This document shows positions 37,032 to 47,022 of a stretch of DNA of 55,371 nt, piece by piece; within the stretch, counting starts at the first letter, position 1, and the number at the start of each line of letters is the position of its first letter. Made by a program: the position numbers and the translations under genes. The notes under the pieces are model-generated. The model saw only the letters and a program-made list of their open reading frames with translations, did not search any database and was not told where the DNA came from. The stretch is from a virus (Duplodnaviria > Caudoviricetes), in the IMG/VR virus record IMGVR_UViG_3300025366_000006, positions 1 to 55,371 of that record; one strand, written 5' to 3'.

Positions 37032-37676
37032 ATGAACATAAACGAAAACAACACCGCTAGTCAACTCAACGCCTCATTTGTTAAAGCACTTGGGGAACTC
37101 CGCAACGTAGCCAAGAATGCAGTCAATCCGCATTTTAAGAACCGCTACGCATCACTAGACGCTATTCTGGACGATGTTCGTCCTATCATGGCATCTAACG
37201 GCCTTGGAATCTCACAGGAACCCCTCTTTGAAGATGGGAAGGCTGGAGTTGTCACAAGGATCATTCACAAGTCTGGCGAGACAAGGGAAAGCACCCTTCT
37301 ATTGCCGCTTAAAGATCAATCAGCACAGGGAGTAGGATCAGCTTTGACCTATGCCAAACGCTATGCCATTAGTTCCATTCTAGGAATCACCGCCGACGAT
37401 GACGACGATGGGGAGATTGCTTCCAAGCCGCCAGTTAAAGTTGAGAAGCCAGTAGTTAAAAAGCAGGAGGTGAAGGAGCTTCCCCAATCTGTAATGGATA
37501 TGCTCCAAAGCATGATGGATACCGACAAGATTTCTCCAGAGCATATCATGGAGTTTCTTATCGCAAAGAAGGCAGTCAAGGATCGTAGCGTAAGGATTTG
37601 GGAGCTATCCGAACCAGTAATGAACCGACTCATTGAGAAATGGGACGATGTAAAGGCATTCAAGCCAATTCTTTAA
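37032..37676 (+). CDS. erf: ERF-family single-strand annealing recombinase
   Basis: KNAVNPHFKNRYASLD and QGVGSALTYAKRYAISSILGI..DDDG. Confidence 0.9.
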   Translation: MNINENNTASQLNASFVKALGELRNVAKNAVNPHFKNRYASLDAILDDVRPIMASNGLGISQEPLFEDGKAGVVTRIIHKSGETRESTLLLPLKDQSAQGVGSALTYAKRYAISSILGITADDDDDGEIASKPPVKVEKPVVKKQEVKELPQSVMDMLQSMMDTDKISPEHIMEFLIAKKAVKDRSVRIWELSEPVMNRLIEKWDDVKAFKPIL

Positions 37677-37677
37677 T

Positions 37678-37878
37678 ATGATTAAAATAGATAAAGGAAT
37701 ACCTATTCCAGAATTAAAAAGAACAAAATACCCTTTTGATTTAATGAATATAGGAGATTCTTTTTTTGCTCCAAAACCAAATTTAACCGCTTCAATTCAA
37801 TGTGCACATGCAAGAACAGGATTCAAATTTACTAGCAAATTCGAAAATGGAGGAACCCGTGTTTGGAGGGTTGAATAA
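37678..37878 (+). CDS. Small putative DNA-binding protein
   Basis: IDKGIPIP..KYPFDLMNIGDSFF..GTRVWRV. Confidence 0.65.
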   Translation: MIKIDKGIPIPELKRTKYPFDLMNIGDSFFAPKPNLTASIQCAHARTGFKFTSKFENGGTRVWRVE

Positions 37879-37879
37879 T

Positions 37880-38950
37880 ATGGACGAACGCAACGGAAAG
37901 CCATCGGCAAGCGGATTCAGCCGACTTGCACTATGCCCAGGTTCTTGGAACTTGGAGCAGACACTTCCCCAACAGGAAGAGAATCAATACATGAAGCTAG
38001 GTACGGATATTCATGCCGTCCTAGCCGATCAGAAACCTTTTGAGGAACTATCCGAAGAGGGCCAAGAGATCGCCACTAGATGCTTGAGCGAATACTCCGA
38101 CATGATCCGACAACTGGATCTAGGGTCAATAACCAAGAGCGTTGTAGAGGAGCGATTTTGGTACGATGATCTATTCTCTGGAGCTATCGACCGCATTGAC
38201 TTCTTTGGTGAAGAGACAGCAATCGTCAGCGACTACAAAACAGGAAGGACAGCACAGAGTAAAGCGAGTGAGAATACCCAACTGAAGGCTTATGCCGTCT
38301 TGGTAAAAAACGCATTCCCCGAACTCAAAACCATCCTTGTAAGCATTATCCAACCCCTTGCAGGAGGGACAACCATTGCTGAATACAACGAGGAGGAACT
38401 TGCCGCCGCAAAGAAGGAGATTGTTGGCATCGTTCATGCTTCATCATTCCCTAATGCTCCAAGAAACCCTTCTCCAGATGCTTGTAAATGGTGTCGTGCT
38501 AAAGGCATATGTCCAGACGCTTATGGAAATGCTCAAGCCGCTACAACCACCCTACAGGTAGCCTCTAGCGTAGCCGTATCTACTCTATCTAATGAGGAAT
38601 TAGCATCTCTGGATGCGAAGGCTCTCATTGTGGAGGATTTCATTGATGAGATCCGAAAGGAACTCAAGTCACGGCTCATGGCAGGATCTCAAATTGCTGG
38701 ATTATCACTCTCAAAAGGGCGTACAATTCGTAATGTCACAGATACCAATGCCGCTATATCTGCATTGTCTGGCGTACTTTCACATGATTCTATCATGGAT
38801 TGTGCAAAGATTAGCGTATCGTCATTGGAGAAAGCATACGCAAAAGCAAAGGGAATCAAGGGAAAGGATGCTAAAGCCGCACTTGACGAGATCCTCGGCT
38901 GGATCATTGAGACAAAAGAATCGGAACCCTCAATCTCCCGTGACCGCTAA
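37880..38950 (+). CDS. PD-(D/E)xK exonuclease, Cas4-like/DUF2800
   Basis: SAS..CPGS, GTDIH, GAIDRI, DYKTG, QLKAYA, CKWCRAKGIC. Confidence 0.85.
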   Translation: MDERNGKPSASGFSRLALCPGSWNLEQTLPQQEENQYMKLGTDIHAVLADQKPFEELSEEGQEIATRCLSEYSDMIRQLDLGSITKSVVEERFWYDDLFSGAIDRIDFFGEETAIVSDYKTGRTAQSKASENTQLKAYAVLVKNAFPELKTILVSIIQPLAGGTTIAEYNEEELAAAKKEIVGIVHASSFPNAPRNPSPDACKWCRAKGICPDAYGNAQAATTTLQVASSVAVSTLSNEELASLDAKALIVEDFIDEIRKELKSRLMAGSQIAGLSLSKGRTIRNVTDTNAAISALSGVLSHDSIMDCAKISVSSLEKAYAKAKGIKGKDAKAALDEILGWIIETKESEPSISRDR

Positions 38951-39176
38951 TGAATACCCCGAAGATGCAAGAGCATTATGGATTAAGTTTAAGGGGCGTG
39001 AGTTTGTTGTCATGTATTACCCTGGCAACTATTTCGCTTATCCCGTGGATAATGGCTCGCTCACGCCGCAAGAACTCCAAAACCTTTTCCGTTATCTAGT
39101 GGGAGAGGGATTCATTAACGAAGAAGATAAACATACACCATATCAACCGCAGTAAAACCACCAACCAAACAAAACC

Positions 39177-39539
39177 ATGTTCACATTAAGCATAGATGTA
39201 ACCAAAATTGACAAGTCACTCCTCAAGGAAGTAACAAAAAAGGATGGCAGTAAAGCCGTTTTCCTCAACCTAATCTGCTGGCCCAATCGTGATGGCAAAG
39301 ATCAATACGATAACGATGGATCAGTTAAGCATAGCTTGAGCAAGGAACAGCGTGACGCAGGAGTAAAATCCGAGATCATTGGCAACTACAAGGTCAAGGA
39401 TGAGGCAGGAAGCACTCAATCTGGATGGGGAGACAAGATCAAGCCAGCAAAGGCATTCCAGAACAGGGAGAAGCCAGCACCGAAGCCACAGGATACTTGG
39501 GGTGGAGACGATCTAGATGATGGGCCGATTCCTTTCTAA
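39177..39539 (+). CDS. Single-stranded DNA-binding protein
   Basis: SIDVTKIDK..DQYDND..IIGN with acidic tail DDLDDGPIPF; next to the recombinase. Confidence 0.7.
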   Translation: MFTLSIDVTKIDKSLLKEVTKKDGSKAVFLNLICWPNRDGKDQYDNDGSVKHSLSKEQRDAGVKSEIIGNYKVKDEAGSTQSGWGDKIKPAKAFQNREKPAPKPQDTWGGDDLDDGPIPF

Positions 39540-40034
39540 CCTTTAGCAACCACAGCAACCACCATGAAACCAGTTAAAGGCATCCTTGCCTATTGCTCTT
39601 GCCAAGAGATTAAAGACTCTAAAGGAAATGAGTATAGCCGCATTCCCGAATGGCATAATTGCGATTACATCCGCAAGCGTAACAAGCTAATCAAAGAAGC
39701 TGAAGCCTATGCAGAGCAGAACGCTAAAAATGAAAATGGAATAGTAGATGGGTATAAGTTCTCTTATATCTTCTCGTCACAGATGGATAAACTTGCTTAC
39801 GAAACAGGACTTGTAAAATGAAATACCCAGAAGAAGCATATAAATACCTTGAGACTGAACATATCCGTTTACTCATGGAAGGGAATCGAATCCCTTCTAT
39901 CGAGGATCGGGTCATGGAGGCATTCATGGCAGGAGTAAAATCTGTTAAGAAAACCAAGCCATTTTTAGAAGTTGTTTCTAATAAAAAGAGTCACAACATA
40001 ACAGAAGTAGGAACGATTAACTTTCCTAGATTTA

Positions 40035-40562
40035 ATGAGTGACATAAATCCAGTAGAGATTCATCTATCTCCAACTGAATTTCATGCCGCTGTTAATTCT
40101 GCCTTACTCCAAGTGACTTGCTCATCTTTGGATAAGAGGAATCACACCTATACCATGAAGCGTAATAAGTTAGGAATCCTTAATCATTCCATCATAGGAG
40201 CGATAGGAGAGATTGCCTTTGCCAAGTTTGCTGATCGGTTTTTCATTCCACAGGTCAATACCTTTCATGGCATACCCGATTGCTTTGAGGATATTGAAGT
40301 TAGGACATCTGATCAGAATCTAACCCTCATTACGAGAGATGATGATAGTCCAGATAGAAAGTATGTGAAGGTAATGACTAATGGAAACAAGGCTCTTATT
40401 GTTGGCTGGCTATATGGTCACGAAACAAGGAGAGACGAGTTCTTTAGGAGTAGTGAAGGCCAGCGAGATTGCTGGATGACACCACATAAGTATCTAAAAC
40501 ACCCAAGCACTATCTTTAATCGGGTAGAGGATTTGGAAAACATGGAGGACATATCATGGTAA
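40035..40562 (+). CDS. Restriction-endonuclease-fold protein
   Basis: GAIGEIAFAK..PD..IEVRT..IVGW. Confidence 0.5.
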   Translation: MSDINPVEIHLSPTEFHAAVNSALLQVTCSSLDKRNHTYTMKRNKLGILNHSIIGAIGEIAFAKFADRFFIPQVNTFHGIPDCFEDIEVRTSDQNLTLITRDDDSPDRKYVKVMTNGNKALIVGWLYGHETRRDEFFRSSEGQRDCWMTPHKYLKHPSTIFNRVEDLENMEDISW

Positions 40563-41452
40563 ATATGACAACGAGCAAAGAAACCAACAACGAGGTCGCA
40601 AGGCTCCGTGAGGAAATTGATCGCCTTAAACGAGGATGCCAAGGGTCATGCTATGCGTGTGAACCAGTTGGAGAGATGAATCTCAAATTAGAAGCCGAGG
40701 TCGCAAGGTTCTGTAGACTGCTAGAAAACATGACTGAATCAAGAGACACCATGATCGAGGATAGAAACGTACTAGACAACGAGGTCGCAAGGCTCAGGGA
40801 GCTTCTGAACCGAGCTATTGAGATTGCAAGAACCCTACGGAAGCTGGCTTTCATTAACAGCGAAGATTATTGCGACTGGCATTTTGAGGATCGTTTGAAA
40901 GCCGCTAACGACTTTGCTGATCTATGCAAGGAAGTGAACCAACTCGCCCCCGCGTCAGAGGAAACCCAAGACGGGGCAACGATGGACGAGTGGTACGGAG
41001 GCTTCGGAAAGATCGAAAGCACCGAACCAGTAACAAAGAGGGTGTGCAAGAATTGTGGACAACCCCATTCCAAGCACACGCTTCATCCTTACGAGACTAT
41101 ATGCCCTGAACCCGCTCCCGCTTGGCGAGAGTTGGGCTATGACGAGGTGATCGGGGCATACGATGAATACAACCCAACCTCATTAGGCGAGTGGATCAAA
41201 GTTCCTCACGGATGGATCGGAGAGAAATGCGACATAACAAAAATTCGCACCCGCCGCCCGTTATGCCCCAATAATGCCCCAAAGCAGGAGGAGATGCCGC
41301 TTAAAGATGATCATCAATGGTTCCGAATATCAATGTGCATAAATGAAATGTCTGTAGAAATTCAAGAAATCAGAGACGAGATCCAGAAGCTAAAAGCCGA
41401 AACTCATTACCACCACGAATCCTATTGCAGAAAATGCAAAGAACCTAAATGA
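40556..41452 (+). CDS. Mosaic hypothetical protein with EVAR repeats and Cys/His motifs
   Basis: Three EVAR units; CxxC motifs. Confidence 0.6.
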   Translation: MVNMTTSKETNNEVARLREEIDRLKRGCQGSCYACEPVGEMNLKLEAEVARFCRLLENMTESRDTMIEDRNVLDNEVARLRELLNRAIEIARTLRKLAFINSEDYCDWHFEDRLKAANDFADLCKEVNQLAPASEETQDGATMDEWYGGFGKIESTEPVTKRVCKNCGQPHSKHTLHPYETICPEPAPAWRELGYDEVIGAYDEYNPTSLGEWIKVPHGWIGEKCDITKIRTRRPLCPNNAPKQEEMPLKDDHQWFRISMCINEMSVEIQEIRDEIQKLKAETHYHHESYCRKCKEPK

Positions 41453-41648
41453 GATCACAATTTAGAATCATAAAAACAAGATGCAATCAGTATTTTATCC
41501 AAAAAAAGTGGTTATGCTTCTGGCTAACTCATCGCCCAATTAAAAGCCCTACTTATATGGATACATTCCATCATGCGGAGCTAGAGATTAAAAAGATCAA
41601 ACAATATCAAAAGTCAAAACAAGAAATAGTTTGGCAGGGATAAATAAT

Positions 41649-41990
41649 ATGAGAAAATTCAAAGCAAAGGCAAACACGACCAGGCGAGTTGTTGGTACGA
41701 TGAACAAGACAGAACAAGCTTATGCCGCTCTTCTCGAACAACGCAAACAAGCAGGAGAGATCCACCACTACGGATTTGAGGCTATCAATCTAAAACTAGC
41801 CAAGTTGACAAGCTACCTTCCCGACTTCTTTATCATTAATGCCGATGGAACAATAGAGTTCCATGAAGTTAAAGGATTTTGGCAATCAACTGGCAGAGTA
41901 AAGATTAAGGTAGCCGCCGAGAACCATCCTTGGTTTTCCTTTGTGGGAGTCCAATACAAAAAAAAGGAATGGTCATATGAGCAGTTCTGA
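41649..41990 (+). CDS. PD-(D/E)xK endonuclease (DUF1064/resolvase-like)
   Basis: MNKTEQAY..YLPDF..HEVKG..RVKIK. Confidence 0.75.
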   Translation: MRKFKAKANTTRRVVGTMNKTEQAYAALLEQRKQAGEIHHYGFEAINLKLAKLTSYLPDFFIINADGTIEFHEVKGFWQSTGRVKIKVAAENHPWFSFVGVQYKKKEWSYEQF

Positions 41991-42369
41991 ACCCGACATC
42001 TGTCCCTGTTGTGGTCGCCCATTTAAGGCAACCAAGACCAAGCCAACCGATCAAGAGTGGATGGAATCTCTCAAGGATCTTTATCCTTGGGTCGATCTAG
42101 CCACAGAGATGAAGCGTATTGACGCTTGGCTATCCATTAATCCTCGCCGTCAGAAGACCAAGAGATTCATAATTAACTGGCTAAACAAGGTTGAGAAACC
42201 CTTGGAGCCTGTAAAGCCCAAACCAAAGTTAATTACACCTACAAGAAAAGTTGACTACGATCACTACAAGGCATGGAAAGCCCAAGAAGGCTATCCTCCC
42301 TGTATCCTAGCCACGCAATTCAGAGAAGATCCAACCTACATCCAGCAAGCATACCTAAAATCACTATGA
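41977..42369 (+). CDS. Protein resembling a replication-initiator C-terminal domain
   Basis: YPWVDL..EM..AWLSINP..KRFIINWLNK; N-terminal CPCCG. Confidence 0.45.
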   Translation: MSSSEPDICPCCGRPFKATKTKPTDQEWMESLKDLYPWVDLATEMKRIDAWLSINPRRQKTKRFIINWLNKVEKPLEPVKPKPKLITPTRKVDYDHYKAWKAQEGYPPCILATQFREDPTYIQQAYLKSL

Positions 42370-43682
42370 ACGACATGAGCGAAGAAGACATTATCGAACG
42401 CCTAGAGAAGCGTATAGCCTATCTTGAATCGGTTCTATCAGAGATCCAGATTCTTAACTCTTTAGGCAAGACTCTAAAGATCAGCGAGGCAATAATAGCC
42501 GCACTAGATGAGTGAGGAAATCAAACAACTTGTAGGTGACTTCCTTGTGGAGACATCTAAATCAGATACTCCAAGATCAGATAAGTTTGGAGAGGCATTA
42601 CGCCATAATTGGATTGAAAACCCTCATTGGGAAGATACAGCGGCTTGCCATGATCTTTGTAAGAAGATTGAAGGTCAACTTACTAGGGCCATAGACATTG
42701 CTAATCGCATCATGGATTGGGATACACCAGCAGATGCAAGGAAGTCATGTAAAGATTTGAGCGATCTAAAGAAAGAAATCAACCAATGACAGACATATCT
42801 AAATGCCAAAACACAAATTGCCCATCGCATATGCAATGCTGGAGGTATCTAGCCCCTGCATCAGAGTACCAATACTATTCTGACTTCAAGCCAGAAGAAG
42901 GACAGGACAAGTGCGAATACTTTGAACAAGTAGATTGGCATTACAGCGACAAAGGATTCAAAAGAATATGAGATCAGCAATAGACAACATACTTAATGAA
43001 CTAGGCATGGATACTCCAGACCTACCTCCTATTAACAAGCAAGAAGCCCTAGAGATGGGGCTAATCAAAGGCCGTGATAAGCCCAAGACTTGTGCCTGTG
43101 GCAAATCAGCTTTCTCTTCTGAATCAAAATGTGATGCCGCTATCAAGCACAGGCTGAAACAGGGATTCGGAGGAACGGGATTCCTACGAGCCTATGAATG
43201 TGATATTGAGCGAGGCAATTGGCACATGAGTAGCGTAAACCACAAAAACAAACTATGAAAGAAATTCATCATAGTTGTGATTACTGCAATGCGGCTCCGC
43301 AATCATTCATTCAAGCAACTGGAAAGGCTTTTGTATGGTATTGCGGAACTGGCGAAGATATTCAAAAAGGAATAATTAGATCAAGTTTGTGCATTGAAAG
43401 GGAGGAACATGCAAAAACCAAAGCAGAAAGAGACAAACTTCTAAAAGCACTATCAGAACTATAATAAGCAACAACATGAACCCATTAATTCCACTTGTAA
43501 CAGCAGGATCTTTATTCGCTCCTATCCAGCCAATACCAATGCAGACGATCTATGTTGCCAACCTATCAGCAACAGATGGTCGAGATGCAGGAGCGTATTA
43601 TACGATCTATCCCCAACCACAAGTTCCAGAATATCGTATAACGCCATGCGTTATAGTTCCAGAGGATAAAGAAGGAGAGTAA
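42366..43682 (+). other. Run of small hypothetical ORFs (e.g. 42508-42789, 42786-42971, 42968-43258, 43255-43464, 43476-43682)
   Basis: Overlapping start/stop codons; several are Cys-rich. Confidence 0.55.
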
Positions 43683-43683
43683 G

Positions 43684-44274
43684 ATGAAGAGACTTTTAGT
43701 AGCTTGTGAATACTCTGGTCGTGTAAGAGATGCATTCAAGGATCAAGGATGGGACGCAACATCTTGTGATTTATTGCCAACAGATGTTCCAGGCAAACAT
43801 TACCAAGGCGACATAAAAGACATCATAAATGATGGATGGGATATGATGATTGCTTTTCCACCCTGCACATATCTTTGTGTATCTGGAATGCATTGGACAA
43901 AACGAGGATTAAGAGATCCACAACTTACAGAAAATGCTCTTCAATTTGTGAAAATGTTAATGGATGCTCCAATCCATAGAATAGCAATAGAAAATCCCGT
44001 GGGCGTAATCTCTACTAGAATAAGAAAACCAGATTGCATTATTCACCCTTGGGAGCATGGACATCCAGAAAGCAAGAAAACCTGTTTGTGGTTAAAGAAT
44101 ATGCCGCCCCTTCTTTCAACCGATATTATTGAATTGCCAAAATCTGGCAGATGGGAAAATCAGACAGCAAGCGGTCAAAACAAATTAGGGCCATCACCCA
44201 CAAGATGGAAAGAGCGATCAAAAACTTATCCAGGGATAGCCAAAGCAATGGCTAAACAATGGGGATGTTTTTAA
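43684..44274 (+). CDS. C5 DNA cytosine methyltransferase-like protein (short phage type)
   Basis: LVACEYSG (motif I-like), AFPPCT (catalytic PC), IENP, KKTCLW. Confidence 0.7.
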   Translation: MKRLLVACEYSGRVRDAFKDQGWDATSCDLLPTDVPGKHYQGDIKDIINDGWDMMIAFPPCTYLCVSGMHWTKRGLRDPQLTENALQFVKMLMDAPIHRIAIENPVGVISTRIRKPDCIIHPWEHGHPESKKTCLWLKNMPPLLSTDIIELPKSGRWENQTASGQNKLGPSPTRWKERSKTYPGIAKAMAKQWGCF

Positions 44275-45794
44275 CGCTTCTTTGTTATCTTCTTAAACTT
44301 TCCCTCGTAGTTCCTTGATTCCAACTCCTCTAGTGGCATATTCCGCTCTTGGAGCCATTTCCTAGCAAGCATTCTGTTCCTCAAATTAGAGGGATCACTA
44401 TTGATATTTACAGCACTCTCCCAAAAGGAATCATGTTTCTCATGGTAGATTGCACTATAAAGCTCTCTCCCTTGGGATAACTTAAACAACTCTCGCATGA
44501 TCCTATCCCATGATTCCCTCCCAAGAACCATGTCTGGAAATAGGTGATGGTTTCTACGCCAGTAACCAACTCTAAAAGCAAAGAGATCACACCCTGCATA
44601 CTTGGTTCCATAGATAATCTCATCATCTGGAATAGGCCCATCTATTTTATTGAAGTCATAGCGATATGCATACGCTGGCATATTGCCAACAAGCCGCTCA
44701 ACTATGTTAGATGCAACACAAGTATCCGTATTGGTTAGCACGATCACATCACGATCCTCTCTACCAATACAAGCCATTCGGATCATATCCTTAATCATAG
44801 GGATATTCTTCTTCTCATTAGGTATGACATTGGATGAGTTTCTTACAAAACAGGAGTCATCCAACCCTAGATCAACCCAACCGATCTTATCCCATGTCTT
44901 CTTTGCTACCGCATTCCTACGCTTCTCCTCGCCACTTTCCCAAGGAGTACGCTGATAAACATGGATGATATTGGGATACTTTGGCTTTACGGGAGGGTTA
45001 CGGATCAGATCCAAGATCCTAGTTATTTCTCTTGGGAAATTCTTGTAGCGTGTATAGGACGCATAGGATGGCCGCCATGCTGTGCCATGCCATAGGTTAG
45101 GAGAATCTGCCACTAGAGCATGAACAGGCTTTGTAGAGGCATATGAGAGGTGTAGGGGGCCACTATCAGTCAATATCATTGCCGCTGTATTAGAATGATC
45201 CATGATTCCAAGCAGATCATACATCCGTTCAGCCTTTATCTTGGCTAGGTCAACGATATGAAACTCTGGCAGGGAATGATTAAGGATTTCCCATAGCAGA
45301 TCGCTGTAAGGGAAAGGAGATGACACCCCTCCTGTGCTTACCACAAGCCAAGGCTTATCTTTACCAAGACCCTTGGTAAGAGTTTGTTCTCTTTTCTTAT
45401 CCCTCCTATCAAATACCAAGGGCGGCTGACTAGGCCAGAGATCTAGCTTATCTGCCAGCTTCCAAGCATCCTTGAGGAAAGAATCGCAGACAATCTTGGG
45501 GGCATGGCTATTGCCATAGACTTGGCTAACGATTACATCGGAGATGCCAACCACTTGAGAGGTTTTGACATCATCTGTGAATTGTTTCGCAAATTGGATT
45601 GATCCAGATACATCCTCAAACGCTCCATCCCATACAAGAGGATCAACATAGCTAACACCATCAAGAATGTCCGCATACTCTTTGGCAATTACCAGACGAG
45701 GATTTATGCCAGTTTCTTTATACTCATTTAGAAGAACAGGAAGGAAGGCTATGATGTCGCCATAGCGTCCTGTATTGACATGAACACTAGGCAT
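44271..45794 (-). CDS. Two-domain glycosyltransferase (GT9/heptosyltransferase-like plus DxD-type domain)
   Basis: GRYGDII, ILDGVSYVD, TDSGPLHLSYA..PVHAL; second domain LTNTD..GCDLFAF..WD..HEKH. Confidence 0.75.
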   Translation of the reverse strand: MPSVHVNTGRYGDIIAFLPVLLNEYKETGINPRLVIAKEYADILDGVSYVDPLVWDGAFEDVSGSIQFAKQFTDDVKTSQVVGISDVIVSQVYGNSHAPKIVCDSFLKDAWKLADKLDLWPSQPPLVFDRRDKKREQTLTKGLGKDKPWLVVSTGGVSSPFPYSDLLWEILNHSLPEFHIVDLAKIKAERMYDLLGIMDHSNTAAMILTDSGPLHLSYASTKPVHALVADSPNLWHGTAWRPSYASYTRYKNFPREITRILDLIRNPPVKPKYPNIIHVYQRTPWESGEEKRRNAVAKKTWDKIGWVDLGLDDSCFVRNSSNVIPNEKKNIPMIKDMIRMACIGREDRDVIVLTNTDTCVASNIVERLVGNMPAYAYRYDFNKIDGPIPDDEIIYGTKYAGCDLFAFRVGYWRRNHHLFPDMVLGRESWDRIMRELFKLSQGRELYSAIYHEKHDSFWESAVNINSDPSNLRNRMLARKWLQERNMPLEELESRNYEGKFKKITKKR

Positions 45795-45972
45795 TGGCTT
45801 TCACGAACTCGGCATGAAAGACTTTGGCTAGACCAGCGGCATGAGTAGCGAGAACCTTAACCCGATCAACTCCACCCTTTGTACCAAGCGTCTCTGGAGA
45901 TAGCTCGCCACTTGCCGCAAGCCCCGAAAGGATTGCAAGCCAAGCATCATTAGGATTGCTCTTCTTCTCCAT
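45787..45972 (-). CDS. Small hypothetical protein
   Basis: MEKKSNPNDAWLAILSGLAASG. Confidence 0.5.
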   Translation of the reverse strand: MEKKSNPNDAWLAILSGLAASGELSPETLGTKGGVDRVKVLATHAAGLAKVFHAEFVKANA

Positions 45973-46339
45973 ATGTCTTGGTGAATCGCTTGGTTGGCTC
46001 TTCCTCTGGCTTTGGGAGGACTTTGAGTTGCGGCGTTTCTGGTACTTCCGCTTCTGCTTTAATTCCCTCGGATTCGGGGGAATTAGATTCGTTAATTGCT
46101 GGTTCGTTTCCATCTTCTTGTGGTAGTTGTCCGTACTTCTTGGCATATCGTAGCGTCTCTACGACAAAGTAATTCCTCTGCTCTAGCAGGGCGATGACGA
46201 TAGCTTGGTAGAAGCTGACTTCTGGGAGTTTGTTCTTCTCTCCCTGCTCACGGATTTCACGGAGGTTGAGATCACCAGGGAACTCGGATTCCTCGAAAGG
46301 GTATTTAAGGGAAGGCGGTAGGATGTACTTTTTAGACAT
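45950..46339 (-). CDS. Hypothetical protein with acidic tail
   Basis: 129 aa, in operon. Confidence 0.6.
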   Translation of the reverse strand: MSKKYILPPSLKYPFEESEFPGDLNLREIREQGEKNKLPEVSFYQAIVIALLEQRNYFVVETLRYAKKYGQLPQEDGNEPAINESNSPESEGIKAEAEVPETPQLKVLPKPEEEPTKRFTKTYGEEEQS

Positions 46340-46964
46340 ATTGGTGGTTGCTGTAGTAATCTTTGATATTCAGTTTTCTGCAAAATGTCCACAACAATGC
46401 TTCAAAAGTTATATTGTCGTTTTTGGACAAGTTCTCTTTAGACCACAAGGGTCGCAAGTTGGTATGATGATTTAGACTTTTGATTTGGTTTTCTGTCTTG
46501 GCAACACGCAATGGAATTGCATGATCTATGTGCCATTCTCCATAATTATCCCATGTCATTCCCTTCTTGAAAAAGGATTCAATATGATTCTTGAATGTAT
46601 TCCAATCGCATCCAAGAACTTTGATGGATCTGGAGTTCTTTGGATAACCCATATTTTTAATAGACCTGTTTATTGATCTACTTAAATTGCATTTCAATCT
46701 ATAAATAACATCAGATTTTCTCCGTTCTGATTTTTGGGTAGAGTTATATGCAATAGCATATTCTCTGTTTTTATAATACCAATCCTTGGTAGTTTGTTTG
46801 GCTTTTTCTGAATGCTTTTCTCTGTATTTCATGGAATACATAGAAACTCTATCTTTTACTTCTTTGTACTTTTCTTCAGTAAGCCACCTTTCTTTATTTG
46901 GTGAATCATACTGCCAAAAGATCATGCCGTCTTCTCGCTTGTCTCCACGCTTATACTTTTTCAT
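46332..46964 (-). CDS. HNH homing endonuclease
   Basis: LGC..GMTWDNYGEWHIDHAIPL..NHHTNLRPLWSKENLSK. Confidence 0.9.
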   Translation of the reverse strand: MKKYKRGDKREDGMIFWQYDSPNKERWLTEEKYKEVKDRVSMYSMKYREKHSEKAKQTTKDWYYKNREYAIAYNSTQKSERRKSDVIYRLKCNLSRSINRSIKNMGYPKNSRSIKVLGCDWNTFKNHIESFFKKGMTWDNYGEWHIDHAIPLRVAKTENQIKSLNHHTNLRPLWSKENLSKNDNITFEALLWTFCRKLNIKDYYSNHQYV

Positions 46965-47022
46965 GTGGTTGCTGAAGTGAAACTACAGACTTTCCGATTT
47001 AGGGAAAGTTGGCAAGTGGAAT

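Noticed and set aside
40587-40795. Possible mini CRISPR array
   Set aside because: The repeats are only 13-20 bp, spacing is irregular and long, they lie in frame within a CDS, and there is no cas operon. The Cas4-like gene is a standard phage exonuclease.
45973-46146. Long overlap of ORF 45787..46146 with 45950..46339
   Set aside because: An internal ATG at 45972 gives a normal short overlap, and the extension is low-complexity.
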